Positions 16,278-27,219 are shown, counted from the first letter of the stretch. The stretch: 62,420 nucleotides of DNA from a virus (IMGVR_UViG_3300033997_000134:1-62420); one strand, 5' to 3'. Notes: generated by a model not told the origin, from the sequence alone. Translations and numbers: made by a program.

Positions 16278-16790
16278 TTACGCCTTGGCTGCTGTGTAGT
16301 CGGCCACAAAGTCGTGGTCAGCATTGCCAATATCAGCAGCCGAAGCCGCACCAATATTGGTGCGGGCTGTGGCTTTTTGCTCCACGGTCAGCACCTGAGC
16401 CGCGTCATAACGCACCCGGTTGGCAACCTCGGTAGCAATCGTGGTGGCAAAGTTGGGGTTGTCGCCCAGTGCCGCCGCCAGCTCGGCCAGCGTATCCAGC
16501 GCCGCACCGGCACCGCCCACCAGCTCGTCCTTGAGCGCAGTGCGCGCTGCAGTGATGGCCGATGTGATCTTGTCCACCGACCACGTAACGGCACCACCGG
16601 CCTGCGCCGTGTCATCAATACCTGCGCCGCCCCCCTCGCCCACCAGCGCCAGCAGCTCGTTGATGGCCGCAACCAGCGATGTTTTGTTGGTGGTCGTCAG
16701 GGCCGTCAGATCACCTTGCGCCAGGCGCAGCGCCTTGATGTCTGAGCCAATCGCTTGCGACAGCGCCACCAGGCGTGCTTCTAATGTCAT
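16278..16790 (-). CDS. Tail fibre-associated protein
   Basis: TNKTSLVAAINEL, LDTLAELAAALG, ARTNIGA motifs; N-terminus resembles that of the Mtd-like gene. Confidence 0.8.
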   Translation of the reverse strand: MTLEARLVALSQAIGSDIKALRLAQGDLTALTTTNKTSLVAAINELLALVGEGGGAGIDDTAQAGGAVTWSVDKITSAITAARTALKDELVGGAGAALDTLAELAAALGDNPNFATTIATEVANRVRYDAAQVLTVEQKATARTNIGAASAADIGNADHDFVADYTAAKA

Positions 16791-16801
16791 GGAATACCTC
16801 T

Positions 16802-17185
16802 TTAAGACTTGGCCAGGATGTAATAGGCCAGCGGATCTTCAACCCCCAGCCCAATGTTCTTTTGCGCCTGCTGCTGGGCCTGCGGGTTCTGGGCAAACTC
16901 CCCCAGCAGGTTTTCTTGGCGCAGCGCGCCCACGGTGTCTGGGCCCGGTGGCCCCTGCATGCCCACGGCCACCACCACCGAGTGCAGCACGGGAGCCACC
17001 ACCAGCGCGCCAGGCTGCATGCCCATGGCAATCGCTGTGTCGCCTTGCTGCACCACCACGGGGGGTAAATCGGCCGGCTGCGCCACGGCAGTGGATGGGG
17101 TTTGCAGCGCCACCACCTGCGTGCGCAGCACCTCCACCACCACGGTGGCCACCTGCTGCTGCACCACGACAGCGGTATCAGTCAC
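16802..17185 (-). CDS. Tail-associated protein
   Basis: GTG start; Val-rich, QGPPGP, AQKNIGLG. Confidence 0.65.
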   Translation of the reverse strand: MTDTAVVVQQQVATVVVEVLRTQVVALQTPSTAVAQPADLPPVVVQQGDTAIAMGMQPGALVVAPVLHSVVVAVGMQGPPGPDTVGALRQENLLGEFAQNPQAQQQAQKNIGLGVEDPLAYYILAKS

Positions 17186-17639
17186 CGCGTGTGCCCTCCG
17201 GGTCAAGGCACAGATGGATCTCAAAATGGCGCTCAATGTCACCATTGGCAAACTCCACTTCCATCTGCCCGCAGGCTTGCCGCCACTGACCGGCCCCATC
17301 GCCATAGGGCAAGGCGCTGGTCTGTATGGGGCTTAACTCCAGCCCCACCGAGCCATCGGCGCCCAGCGTGATCACGCCTTCACCCTCCTGGGGCTGGGTG
17401 CTGAATGTCAGCAGCACATCCGGTGCATCCACACTGGCGCGCATCTGCATGCAGGCTTTGCAGCCCGTGTAGTCCACCGGCACCATGTCCGACTGCGGCA
17501 CTGCCTTGCCGCTGGCCTTGTAAACCAGCGTGCCATTGCGCACGATGGCCTCGGCGGGAACCTGATAACGCTTCCACACAGGGCGAAACGTCGCGCCTTG
17601 CTGGACGGTGAAATGCAAAGAGACTGTGGGCGTGGTCAT
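17178..17639 (-). CDS. Tail/baseplate-like beta protein
   Basis: VQQGATF...PVDYTGCKACMQMR pattern. Confidence 0.7.
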   Translation of the reverse strand: MTTPTVSLHFTVQQGATFRPVWKRYQVPAEAIVRNGTLVYKASGKAVPQSDMVPVDYTGCKACMQMRASVDAPDVLLTFSTQPQEGEGVITLGADGSVGLELSPIQTSALPYGDGAGQWRQACGQMEVEFANGDIERHFEIHLCLDPEGTRGD

Positions 17640-17646
17640 GCCGCAC

Positions 17647-17688
17647 AGTCTCTCTCTCGTGTGGGTTATGGCCTAACCCTAGCCGGGG
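17647..17688 (-). promoter_or_regulatory. Late promoter motif copy
   Basis: CCCCGGCTAGG-25 nt-GAGACT, 7 nt before ATG. Confidence 0.8.
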
Positions 17689-17697
17689 TGATCAGAA

Positions 17698-19119
17698 TCA
17701 CGCGCGGGTGCTGATGCTGTATGTCGTGTTGCTGCTTGCCTGCATCTGCAGGTTGTTCAGCGCTGCCGAGGCCTGCTGTGCATAGGTCTTGAGCTTTTCC
17801 ATTGCCAGATCTGCACGAATCTTGGCGATCTGGTTGTGCTGGGTGAACTGCAATTCCTCCAGCTTCATCGACGTGTCGGCAGTCTTGCCAATCACATCCG
17901 CCTTGAGCGCAGCCACCCGCGTTTCCGCCTCGTAGTAGCGCAGCAGTGCATCGGTGGTCACCTTGTAGGCTTCCATGTCGGTGCCGCTGCGGGCGCGGAA
18001 CTTCTCGATGGCCAGCTGCGCGGCCTGCTGGTCTTGGGCCAGCAGCGCCCGGAAGATTTCTACCTGCGTGGCATTGCCCTGGCGCGCATCCTCCAGCGAA
18101 ATGTCGGCCAGCGTCTTAAAGCGCTCCACATCTGAGCCCGTCTGTGCCCGGTACACATCCGAAGCCACATCGGCACGGGTCTTGAAAATATCCGCGCGGG
18201 CCTGCGCCACCTTGGTGCGGTTGTCGATCATGGCAGTGATCCAGTCCCCCACCTGCTGCGGGCTCACAATCAGCGACTTCATGTAGTCGAGGGCCGCGTT
18301 CGTGGCCTGCACGCGCAGATTCAGCGTCTGCTCCACCGCCAAGCGGGCGTTTTCGATGTGCTTGTCGCTCACATAGATAGCCAGCTCCCGGGAAGTGGTG
18401 GACAGCTGCTCCAGCGCGTCACGGCGCAAGTCGGCCACTGTGCCCACCAGCGCGCCGGGTGGCAGCGCGTAGCCCTTGCTGGCCCAGGTCGTTTTGGCCG
18501 TGGCAATCAGCCGGGCGGTTTCCTTGTGGATGCGGGCGCGGTTGCGCTCATGGATCTGCGCTTCCACCTGGATGGGAATGCCGGTGTTGCGTGCATGGAT
18601 GGCGTCCGACAGCCATTGCACGGCATCGGCCACCTGCGTTGGCATGAATTCCGCCACGAACTCGCGGAATTTCTCTTGCACCATGGCCAGCAGCGCATCA
18701 CGCTCGGACAGCATCAGGCGCCGGTATTCCTCCATGCTCACCGGATCGCCCGCCGTATCCAGTGTGGGCGGCGTGCCAAAGTCCATCAGCGCCCGCTCAC
18801 TGGGGGCATCCGGCACGTCGGGCGCCTCACGCACAATCGTGGGCAGCACCTTGCTGGTGTAATCCAGGGCACCCACATTCGGCGCAGTAGGCAACACCAC
18901 CGCAGCCGGGGTGGTCACGTTATCCAGCCTGGCCACCAGCTGCTGCACCCGGGCCGGGTCAAAACCCTGTCCATCCAGCGTCGCCAGATACGCCTGCACC
19001 TCAGCCTCGGCGGATTTGGTATCTGCCGTTTTCGCACTGACCACCGCGTTCAGAGCATTCCAGATCGCGGCGTACTGACCCTGCATACCGAAGTCGTCGC
19101 TCGTTTGCATTTCGTTCAT
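17698..19119 (-). CDS. Virion structural protein (helical)
   Basis: 473 aa in the late operon; WASKGYALPPG. Confidence 0.7.
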   Translation of the reverse strand: MNEMQTSDDFGMQGQYAAIWNALNAVVSAKTADTKSAEAEVQAYLATLDGQGFDPARVQQLVARLDNVTTPAAVVLPTAPNVGALDYTSKVLPTIVREAPDVPDAPSERALMDFGTPPTLDTAGDPVSMEEYRRLMLSERDALLAMVQEKFREFVAEFMPTQVADAVQWLSDAIHARNTGIPIQVEAQIHERNRARIHKETARLIATAKTTWASKGYALPPGALVGTVADLRRDALEQLSTTSRELAIYVSDKHIENARLAVEQTLNLRVQATNAALDYMKSLIVSPQQVGDWITAMIDNRTKVAQARADIFKTRADVASDVYRAQTGSDVERFKTLADISLEDARQGNATQVEIFRALLAQDQQAAQLAIEKFRARSGTDMEAYKVTTDALLRYYEAETRVAALKADVIGKTADTSMKLEELQFTQHNQIAKIRADLAMEKLKTYAQQASAALNNLQMQASSNTTYSISTRA

Positions 19120-19122
19120 GGC

Positions 19123-21201
19123 TTAAATCCTCCGCTTGCTTTCCTCGGCAACAAACTCCATGCCGCCAACTTCAAAATCTGCGCCGTCTGTGTTCATCAG
19201 CTGCAGGCCAAAGAAATGCCCACGCAGGCCTCGGCCCAGGTCTATGCGCTGGGTTTGCATCTGCGCCCCAGCCCCACGGGCGGTGTAGGTGTACTGCTGG
19301 CCGTTGAGTTCCACGCGCAGGCGCATCGGCGCCTCGGCGTTCACGCTCACATAGGCATTGGCCAAGCTCTTGATAGCAATTGATCCCAGATTGCGCTGCC
19401 CCAGATCCACCACCGCCTCAATCGGTGCGCCGTGGTCGGTGTCGCCCTCCAGCTCATACAGCCCCTGGTCGCTGGCGCCAAAGTAACGCCCGCCAATGTT
19501 GGCAAAGCCGGTAAACGGGTAGTCCGTGTAGCTGGTGCTTTCCTCCGACGCATTGCCCTGGTCGGTCACGCTCCACACCTGACTGGGCGCACCCAGATCC
19601 TGCAGCACCGTCACACCCAGCAGCTCCTGCACCAGCGCCTGCAGCACCGTCTGGTGGTCAGCACCATCCTGCAGCCCCAGCCGCTGCAGCAGCGCTGCAT
19701 CCACCATGCGGTCAATCGTCCAGCCGTCCGTCCCATGCAGGTGTTGCACCAGCTGCACATCCAGCAAAGCGCCCACCAGCATGTGCTGCCCGGCATGCAG
19801 CACCTCATACAAGCGCCCATCCAGCAGGCGGTCAGTGGGCACGTCCACCACCACCCCCAGCCGCTCAGCCATCAGCTGGCGCACCAGCTTGCCCCCCAGC
19901 GTGCGGGTGCGGGCCTGCAGGCGGCTGGTGGCCTTGCGTTCCCGGCGCACGGTAGCGCTGATGTGCGCCTGCACGCGGGGGGCTTCATAGGCCAGATTGC
20001 CCGCACCGGGCATCCGCTCCATGGTGATGCGTGCCAGGGCAGCGGCCACATCGGCCAGCGCTGGGGGTGCGGCTTCCGTCAGGCGCACCACCGGCTGGGC
20101 CTGCAGGAAGGCAAACCCCTCGTCGTAGCCATGCGCGGCCATGCGCGGCGTGACCTGCAGCGTGGCCCGGCCCACAGAGCCGGGAATCCCGAACGCAAAC
20201 ACACGCGACTTGCGCCCATCGGTCAGCGCGGCATAAGCCCCGCGCGAAGAAGCCTGCAGCCGGGGGCGGCGGCCATCGCGCAGATGATTGCTGTAACTGT
20301 GGGCATACAGCTGGGGCGTGGCGCGCACCAGTGCGCGGTTTTGCACATCCCCCAGCGCCACCACCGGCGTCACCTTCAAGTCCGCCGTGGCCTGCCCGGC
20401 CCCCACCTGCAGCGCCGCAGCCTCCACATAGTCGAAGGCACCATACAGGGCTGCGGCCATCATCACCGGCTGGTCAGCCAGCAAGTCCCCGGCCTTGGCC
20501 ACGGCCATGCCATCCACCCGCCACGTCAGCTGCACACCGTCTGACTCCAGCGACAGCAAGGTCTTTGCACCCATCGCAGGCATAGGGGCGAGCATCTGCA
20601 GCGGATAGGCGGCGGGGGCGGGCCGGGTCGCCCAAAGCAGGATCTGCGCACCCTGAACATGGAACCCCTGGGCAATCCGGGCGCGGGCATCGGTATCCAG
20701 TGGGGCAGCTGCCACTGCCGGGCCCACCACCACCCCGTCGCCGTTGGCTGGTGCGTAAAACTCCATCTTCCAGGGCGCATAGCCCGCCAGCGCCGACTGG
20801 GCGCCGTGGCTCCAGCTGGGCAATTCCTCCTGAGATTCCCAGTAACCGGGCTGCACCACCTCGCGCACCGTGTCGTAATAGACCGTGCTGCCGCCGTCTG
20901 GCACCCACTTGGAAATCTCCACCGTGTACGGCCCTGCCGCAGAACCGATGGCATACCAGACTTCCCTGGTTGCCCCGCCATCCACCATGCGCGTGCCCGG
21001 CAGCACTGCATATCCGGTGCCGCTCATGCCAATCACTGTAGTAACTGTCCAGCCACTGGGCAGCACATACCGGCTTTCACTGCGCGCATACGCCCAGCGG
21101 CCACTGGTGTTCTTGACCGTGCGCGGCACGGTGTACTCGCGGATCACAGGCGGCACCCACACACTGCGCGCACGGCCAATCTTGACAAGTTGGTTGCTCA
21201 T
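19123..21201 (-). CDS. Virion/tail structural protein
   Basis: 692 aa, coupled to neighbours. Confidence 0.7.
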   Translation of the reverse strand: MSNQLVKIGRARSVWVPPVIREYTVPRTVKNTSGRWAYARSESRYVLPSGWTVTTVIGMSGTGYAVLPGTRMVDGGATREVWYAIGSAAGPYTVEISKWVPDGGSTVYYDTVREVVQPGYWESQEELPSWSHGAQSALAGYAPWKMEFYAPANGDGVVVGPAVAAAPLDTDARARIAQGFHVQGAQILLWATRPAPAAYPLQMLAPMPAMGAKTLLSLESDGVQLTWRVDGMAVAKAGDLLADQPVMMAAALYGAFDYVEAAALQVGAGQATADLKVTPVVALGDVQNRALVRATPQLYAHSYSNHLRDGRRPRLQASSRGAYAALTDGRKSRVFAFGIPGSVGRATLQVTPRMAAHGYDEGFAFLQAQPVVRLTEAAPPALADVAAALARITMERMPGAGNLAYEAPRVQAHISATVRRERKATSRLQARTRTLGGKLVRQLMAERLGVVVDVPTDRLLDGRLYEVLHAGQHMLVGALLDVQLVQHLHGTDGWTIDRMVDAALLQRLGLQDGADHQTVLQALVQELLGVTVLQDLGAPSQVWSVTDQGNASEESTSYTDYPFTGFANIGGRYFGASDQGLYELEGDTDHGAPIEAVVDLGQRNLGSIAIKSLANAYVSVNAEAPMRLRVELNGQQYTYTARGAGAQMQTQRIDLGRGLRGHFFGLQLMNTDGADFEVGGMEFVAEESKRRI

Positions 21202-23390
21202 ACTTCTCGCTCAAATAGTTGCGGCAGCGCCGGATTCAGGTACTCGGGGTATTCCTCGCTATCCACATCCCCCAGATAGGCCAAGGCGCTGGGCGTGCCG
21301 CACTCACCTTGATCCCATGCGCTGGCCATCTGTGCCGCAGGCACCACAGGCTCGGGCTGCAGATCACGCAGCTTGCGCAGCGTCCAGGTGCGCAGGGTGT
21401 TGTCGGGGGAATCCGTCACATACAGGCTGCAGCGGTCATGCTGGTGCACCAGCAGCGCAATGCGGGCGGGCACGGCGGCGCGCTCGGGGGTGGCTTCGCG
21501 CTTGGGTTCGATCACCGTCCAGCTGGCATGCAACAGCTGGGGGTCAGAGGCTGCGCCGTTGGGCGCTTGCGGGTCACGCAGCCGGCCAAACGCTGCCACA
21601 TCGCTGTAACTCACCTGCTCGTCTGGAAGCACCGACTTGATCCAGGTCGTTCCCCCGTCCTCGCTGGTCAGCACAAAAGTCTCCACCACCCGGTAAATGT
21701 CGTGGTCAACCTTGGTGAAGTTCCAGCCGGGCGGCACCGTCACCTCGATGGTCTTGGCGATCACGGCAGCACTGCCGCTGGCGTAGGCCTTGACCATGGG
21801 CGTGCAAGCACCCAGCAGGCCATTGCACAGTACGTTGTAGCGATAAGTGCCAGGCGGCACCGTGCCATCGCTGCGCCCACTGGAATACTTATAGAGATAG
21901 TGCCAAAAGCGCAGCTGCAGATCATCCAGCCCAGGCAGATGCCGCAGCGCGCCGCCGTGGATGCTGCCCTTGAACAAGGTCATGTACGACTGGCGCTCTG
22001 CTGCGCCTTCTGTCCACCAGTACCGATAATCTGGCCCCTCGAATCCACCATCCAAGCGTTCGCTGTAGAACTCGTCGTAGTCAGCGCTGGGAATGTCGCC
22101 CGAGGGGCGCGCATTCATCGCCGCAATCGCCAGCAGGAAGTCCCCCGCCTCGGTGATGGCTTCGATATGGAATTTCAGCTCGGGGAAGTACAAGCCCCCC
22201 GCCGGGAAATACCCATTCGGCGGGAACGCCCGCGCAATCACATCCTCCAGCTCATGCAGATAGCGCTTTTGGAAGGTGCGTCCAAAGTCCGTGCTCCACA
22301 CCAGCATCGGCGGAACGCCACGCGCCCGCGCGTTCACTGATACCCGGCCCACCGTCTGGCCCTGCAGCGTGTAGCGCGCCTTGGGCATCAGCACCGTGGC
22401 CATCATCCCCGTGCCCAGCGCGGCCATGCGCGGGCTGGCGCGGCCACTGCACAGCCCACCGACCCAGCTGCTGGCGTTGTCGTCCGTAGCAGGCGGCGGC
22501 GCAATCACCGTGCGGTGCACCAGGGCGCGGGTGCCGGTGCAGTACACCAGGCACTCCACCTCTCCCAAGGCGATGCCCGCCCCCGTGTGGCCAAACACCG
22601 CAAACGCATACCGGTGCTGTTCATCCATCCAGCCCAAAGGCACAGCGCTGATGGTGTGGCCCTCCACATCCATGGCTTCATTGACCAGCCACTCCCGCGA
22701 CAGCAGCTGGCGCGCTTCCTCTAAATAGTAGTTGGCCCCAACCTGATCCTTGAGCACATCCCCGGCGCGGTCGTCAAAGCCACGACCCGGCAGCTTGGAT
22801 TCCCGGTGAAACACCAGCGAGTGCCCGGTGACCCCCCGCTGGCGCGTGACGGTGTTCAGGTAGGGGCCGTCCAGATTGTCCTTGTGCACCAGCGCCACAC
22901 GGGAGCCTGCATAGTCCAGCAGCTGCAGCTCTGCCGGTGTGGGCACCAGATTGGACGATGTGCCAGCTGCCACATGCACAAAATAGCCATCGCCCACCGG
23001 CACGATATGCCCCTTGGCCTGAAACGTGCCGGGGTACTGCCACAGCTCGTCTTGGGGCCAGTCCAGCAGTTCCTCGGTGCCATCGCCTTCAGTGAGCACC
23101 AGCGGGTGCAGCCTTCGAATGTGCTGTTCGGTGTTGGATTTGAGGCTGCCACCGGGCAGCGAGGTGCTGATGGCCGCCTGCTCGGACGTCAGCCGCAGCG
23201 CCAGCAGCAGCTCGGGCTGCAGCACCTTGCGCTGCGCTTGGCGCGTCACCCGGATGTGGCCGGGCATCACATGAATCGTGTCCTGCCCACGGCGGGTGTA
23301 ACTGTAGGGCGCGGGCGCATTGCGGTAAAACTCGTTACCGCGCACCAGCGAACCAGCAGCACCACCCGATGTGGACGGGAACATCATCAT
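21198..23390 (-). CDS. Tail protein with Asp-box (BNR) repeats
   Basis: WSTDFGRTF and TSEDGGTTW. Confidence 0.7.
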   Translation of the reverse strand: MMMFPSTSGGAAGSLVRGNEFYRNAPAPYSYTRRGQDTIHVMPGHIRVTRQAQRKVLQPELLLALRLTSEQAAISTSLPGGSLKSNTEQHIRRLHPLVLTEGDGTEELLDWPQDELWQYPGTFQAKGHIVPVGDGYFVHVAAGTSSNLVPTPAELQLLDYAGSRVALVHKDNLDGPYLNTVTRQRGVTGHSLVFHRESKLPGRGFDDRAGDVLKDQVGANYYLEEARQLLSREWLVNEAMDVEGHTISAVPLGWMDEQHRYAFAVFGHTGAGIALGEVECLVYCTGTRALVHRTVIAPPPATDDNASSWVGGLCSGRASPRMAALGTGMMATVLMPKARYTLQGQTVGRVSVNARARGVPPMLVWSTDFGRTFQKRYLHELEDVIARAFPPNGYFPAGGLYFPELKFHIEAITEAGDFLLAIAAMNARPSGDIPSADYDEFYSERLDGGFEGPDYRYWWTEGAAERQSYMTLFKGSIHGGALRHLPGLDDLQLRFWHYLYKYSSGRSDGTVPPGTYRYNVLCNGLLGACTPMVKAYASGSAAVIAKTIEVTVPPGWNFTKVDHDIYRVVETFVLTSEDGGTTWIKSVLPDEQVSYSDVAAFGRLRDPQAPNGAASDPQLLHASWTVIEPKREATPERAAVPARIALLVHQHDRCSLYVTDSPDNTLRTWTLRKLRDLQPEPVVPAAQMASAWDQGECGTPSALAYLGDVDSEEYPEYLNPALPQLFEREV

Positions 23391-23842
23391 CAGCCTCCCA
23401 CTGCCTCGCGGAAGCTATAGATGAACTCCTTGATAGGCACCGGCTGATCAACCACCGCCTCAGTGCTGGTCAGATTCAAGTCACTGTCCACCCGGCCCAC
23501 CGTACCCTGCAGGCGCGGCAGCGTGGTGCTGCTGGCGTCCGTGTCATTGGCAGCGCACAGCCGAAAGAACGTGGGCGTGCCTGCCGCCACATAATTGCCC
23601 GACCACGCCTGCAGCGGGTCTTTTTGCAGCACCGTGCCGCTCACTTGCAGCGTCAGCGCCTCACTGGATGGGCCTTTGACGGTGGCCAGCAGCACCGCAC
23701 TGCCCACCCCCGCATTGGACGAAGAAGGCATAGGGCCGCCATAGATGCGGATTTCTGCGCCACCCTCATTGGTCAGCGCCGTGATCATGCCCTGCAGCTG
23801 CGCAGCAGTCAGGCCAGTGGATAAAGTCAGAGAAGAAGGCAT
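23390..23842 (-). CDS. Virion structural protein
   Basis: IRIYGGPMP...GTPTFFRL...RLQGTVG. Confidence 0.7.
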   Translation of the reverse strand: MPSSLTLSTGLTAAQLQGMITALTNEGGAEIRIYGGPMPSSSNAGVGSAVLLATVKGPSSEALTLQVSGTVLQKDPLQAWSGNYVAAGTPTFFRLCAANDTDASSTTLPRLQGTVGRVDSDLNLTSTEAVVDQPVPIKEFIYSFREAVGG

Positions 23843-23854
23843 AGCCGTTGTCCT

Positions 23855-24430
23855 TTACGCGGATACCAAGTTAAAAGAGCCGGTCAGGCGCAGCGTGTCG
23901 CCCGAACGCAGCACCTGCGGGTCATCAAAGCGCACCGCAGAAGCAATCACCCCGGAGCCCGAACCCTTGGCCGCAGCCGACACAATCACCGCGCCATAGA
24001 TGGTCTTGGCCGCCGTGAAGGTCATTTCTGCGCGGCTGGCCGTGTTGTTGGTTTCCCCCGCAGCCGCTGCTGACGAAGAAAACGCGGGGCGCGTGGCCGG
24101 GGTGTAGGCCGTGCACTCGCCCAGGCGCGACACCCAGGTATCTGCCGTCAGGTCGTCGCTGGGCACGCTGTTGCCTTCAAACACCCCGAAGAACCAGCCC
24201 GTCTGGGCTGCTGCGCGGTTGAAATAGACATTGAGCATGTCGTTGCGCCCCTGCTCGGGCATCAGGTTGTACGCCTGAAAACTGCGAATCACCTGCCCGT
24301 CGCGCACCACCTCCACCGTGTAGGTGCAGCCGTGGTGCACTTTTTCTGCGCCACCTGCTGCAGCACCACCAGCAAAAGCCGCCATGGCAGCCGCCACAGC
24401 CAGCGCCAAACGCTTGGTCTTGAACATCAC
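23855..24430 (-). CDS. Virion structural protein
   Basis: NLMPEQGRNDMLN...SGDTLRLT. Confidence 0.7.
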   Translation of the reverse strand: MMFKTKRLALAVAAAMAAFAGGAAAGGAEKVHHGCTYTVEVVRDGQVIRSFQAYNLMPEQGRNDMLNVYFNRAAAQTGWFFGVFEGNSVPSDDLTADTWVSRLGECTAYTPATRPAFSSSAAAAGETNNTASRAEMTFTAAKTIYGAVIVSAAAKGSGSGVIASAVRFDDPQVLRSGDTLRLTGSFNLVSA

Positions 24431-25653
24431 AAACTCCTTCTGATTACTTGCGCGTCAATCGACGCATACACCGCCCCTTGGGTTTTCTGGGGCGCCTGAA
24501 CGGCGGCAATCACATGCGTTTGTCCGTTGCGCTCACGGACATACGTAGCTGCGCTCTTGCCGCCCGACAGCGCCAGCCTCTCTTGCTGCACGGCCTGCAC
24601 CGCGCCAGACCCCAGCCCGCGAATCAAGCCGCGCGGGCTGTGCCAAAACACCACATCGTTGTCACGCGGGGACACACAGTCCGAATGCGCCAGCGCGCCA
24701 TAAGGCAGCACCTGCGCCAAATCCGCCCCAGCCAGATCCCCGGCCAGCCAGTAAGTGGCAGCCGTCGTGCCCACAAACACCCCGCCACCGCAGGGGCGCA
24801 CCATGCAAATGCGATCTTCAAAAGCGATGTAATTTGTGGGTTTAGCCAGCAGCGGCGCGAAGGGTTCGCTATAAAAAAGCAAGTTCTCTTTGGCCGACAG
24901 CAGGCGCGCGTCCTGGCTGCGCACCACCGAGCCCACCGGCAGCGCCACCAGCCCTATGGTTTCTGCCTGCGCCCCAGCGTCATCCAGCACTGCAATCCGC
25001 CCTTGGTCGGCATAGCGCGCCACCTCCACCGCGTTGAACACCGTGCCGTTGGGCGCCGTGATGTAGGTGTTGAGCACAAAGCCCTCTGGCTCCACCATGC
25101 CCATGATCTGGATGCAGCCCTGCTCAGGCACATCCACCGCCACCGGATGCGTGGCTGGGCCTTCCCCCAGCACCCCGGACAGCGTGAACACCAGCTGGTA
25201 AGTGCCCGCCTGCAGCCCGCCATCAGGGAGCACACCCACCGTGGGCAGGTTCTGCAGGGCCGGTGTGGGCTGCACGGGCTGCTCACCAATCACCGCCCCC
25301 ATACGCAGGCCGTTGGCCCAGAACACCACACCTGCGCGCCGGGTGAAGGACACCGGCACCCGCTCGGGCATGCCACCTTGCACCACCTTGGCAAAGCCAT
25401 TGGCATCAATGGCCACCAAGTCCGTGCCCAGCACGCCATAGCCCAGCTCGTCACCATCGCCCCACAAAGAGTGCACGCGCTGATCCAGCAAGCGGGTGAA
25501 ACCAGCGCGGCGGCGGATCTTGCCGCCTTGCACCAGATCCACGTTCACCGCCGCAGCCAGCGCATCCAGGCGGGCGCGATCCAGCGTGATCGTCAAATCG
25601 GTGGGGTGGCGGCGGTTGTCCACACCCACGAAGGGCCCCAGTTGCTTACGCAT
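24427..25653 (-). CDS. Tail/stabilisation-type structural protein
   Basis: FVGVDNR...AVNVDL...IRRRAGF; 408 aa. Confidence 0.65.
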   Translation of the reverse strand: MRKQLGPFVGVDNRRHPTDLTITLDRARLDALAAAVNVDLVQGGKIRRRAGFTRLLDQRVHSLWGDGDELGYGVLGTDLVAIDANGFAKVVQGGMPERVPVSFTRRAGVVFWANGLRMGAVIGEQPVQPTPALQNLPTVGVLPDGGLQAGTYQLVFTLSGVLGEGPATHPVAVDVPEQGCIQIMGMVEPEGFVLNTYITAPNGTVFNAVEVARYADQGRIAVLDDAGAQAETIGLVALPVGSVVRSQDARLLSAKENLLFYSEPFAPLLAKPTNYIAFEDRICMVRPCGGGVFVGTTAATYWLAGDLAGADLAQVLPYGALAHSDCVSPRDNDVVFWHSPRGLIRGLGSGAVQAVQQERLALSGGKSAATYVRERNGQTHVIAAVQAPQKTQGAVYASIDAQVIRRSL

Positions 25654-26629
25654 TGCCGCCCCCTTCGCTCACGATTTCCTCGGTGCCCCGAAACCCCGTC
25701 CAGAACGTGGTGCCGCCACCCGCATCCACGCCCTCGCCATACCACGTTACCGTCCCATAGGCGCTGCCACCATTCAAGGAGGAGTAGGCCACGGCATACA
25801 GCCGATTGGCAGACGGGTAGCCATCCACCAGTAAGCGGAATTCGTAAATTCCGTCGCGCACGTCAATGTTGTACGGTCGGTCAATGGGTTCTTGCGGGGA
25901 GATCGACCACGCGAAATGCTCACCAGGGTTGGCGTCGTTGTATTCAATGACGGGGGAGCCATCCATCGGCGTGAACTTGACATTCAGTACTAGCGTGTGC
26001 TTTTGTGCCCACCGCACGGGCATCCTTGCACGGCGGATGTAGTTTTGCGTCCACGCATCCACATCGCCTTGTGTCCAGCGATCATCGCTGTTGACCGCCC
26101 CCAGTTGCGGCGGACGCCCACCCAGCGTTCCAAAGTCCCCACCACTGGAGCCGGGGTCGCGCACCAGGCCGCCGACTTTCACAGGATCGGTATCCCACCC
26201 CAGATAAAAGACTGTCGGTGGCGGTGTGACGGCCTCGCGTCCCCAGCGGTAGCGCATGCCGTCGGGGGTCATGTAGAGCGCTTCGACGTACAGGTTCACG
26301 TCTGTCACGAACTCGACTGCAGTGCCGCTCTCTTTTTCGGAGGCTGAGAACACGGCATATGCCCTATCCCCGGGCTGCAGGTAGTCATAAAGATTCCCAG
26401 TGATATACCCACTGGGTAGCCTCAGGCCAGTTAATTGTGCGGTGAAGTCATCCGGGCTGCCGCCCTCCAGCGCCACGACACCGCAGTCGAAATAGTAAGC
26501 GCCGTCCTGCTCGCCTTCTTCCGTGGAAGATGGGGCGTTGGTGGGGAACCAGTCATCGCCAATGTTTTCCCAGACGGATTCGGGGCCATTGCCATTGTTG
26601 GGATACCAGCCTACTTTGAGGGTCAGCAT
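25646..26629 (-). CDS. Hypothetical acidic beta-rich virion protein
   Basis: 327 aa coupled to both neighbours; ends FWTGFRGTEEI. Confidence 0.65.
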   Translation of the reverse strand: MLTLKVGWYPNNGNGPESVWENIGDDWFPTNAPSSTEEGEQDGAYYFDCGVVALEGGSPDDFTAQLTGLRLPSGYITGNLYDYLQPGDRAYAVFSASEKESGTAVEFVTDVNLYVEALYMTPDGMRYRWGREAVTPPPTVFYLGWDTDPVKVGGLVRDPGSSGGDFGTLGGRPPQLGAVNSDDRWTQGDVDAWTQNYIRRARMPVRWAQKHTLVLNVKFTPMDGSPVIEYNDANPGEHFAWSISPQEPIDRPYNIDVRDGIYEFRLLVDGYPSANRLYAVAYSSLNGGSAYGTVTWYGEGVDAGGGTTFWTGFRGTEEIVSEGGGNA

Positions 26630-27213
26630 GAGGTCACCCCTTGCTGCATAGCAATCCAGCGCCGTGACATGACCTGCGCCCCCAGAATCTGCGGCATCCT
26701 GCTGAATCCGCTGGGGTTGCGGTTCCAGATATAGCCCACCCGAGGCACATACACCGCCCCTTTTTGGGCCAGTGCCCAGTACAGCATGTGCTCTGTCCAG
26801 TAGTCACCGCGCGGCAGGTCTGCGGCCAAGTCACGCACCACCTTGGAATCCATCACCACCAGATGGTGAATGGCCATGGGCGATATGGCGTGCTGCTCGG
26901 CGTCATAGTCGTACCAGCTGCGGTGCACATCGGCTTTACCAGGCTCACGCAGGATTTCATCGGTGTAAGCCATCGGCACCTTCTTGGCGCGCATGCGTTT
27001 GACGCACTCCCCAAGCACGTCCTGGTAATCGGCGGGCAGTGCATCGTCGTCGTCCAGGAAAAAGCAGTAGGGGGTTCTGACATGCGCCAGCGCATCCAGG
27101 CGGGCGCCGTGCAGCTGTGCAACGGATTGCAGTCTTTGCACGCGCGGCAATACAGTGCACCCCGGCAATTGCAGGGTGACTGCATGGGCAGATAAAACAA
27201 TGGCGCTGAACAT
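26623..27213 (-). CDS. GT-A fold glycosyltransferase-like protein
   Basis: ARLDALAHVRTPYCFFLDDDD (DxD), MAYTDE, YVPRVGYIW. Confidence 0.75.
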   Translation of the reverse strand: MFSAIVLSAHAVTLQLPGCTVLPRVQRLQSVAQLHGARLDALAHVRTPYCFFLDDDDALPADYQDVLGECVKRMRAKKVPMAYTDEILREPGKADVHRSWYDYDAEQHAISPMAIHHLVVMDSKVVRDLAADLPRGDYWTEHMLYWALAQKGAVYVPRVGYIWNRNPSGFSRMPQILGAQVMSRRWIAMQQGVTSC

Positions 27214-27219
27214 GCAGGC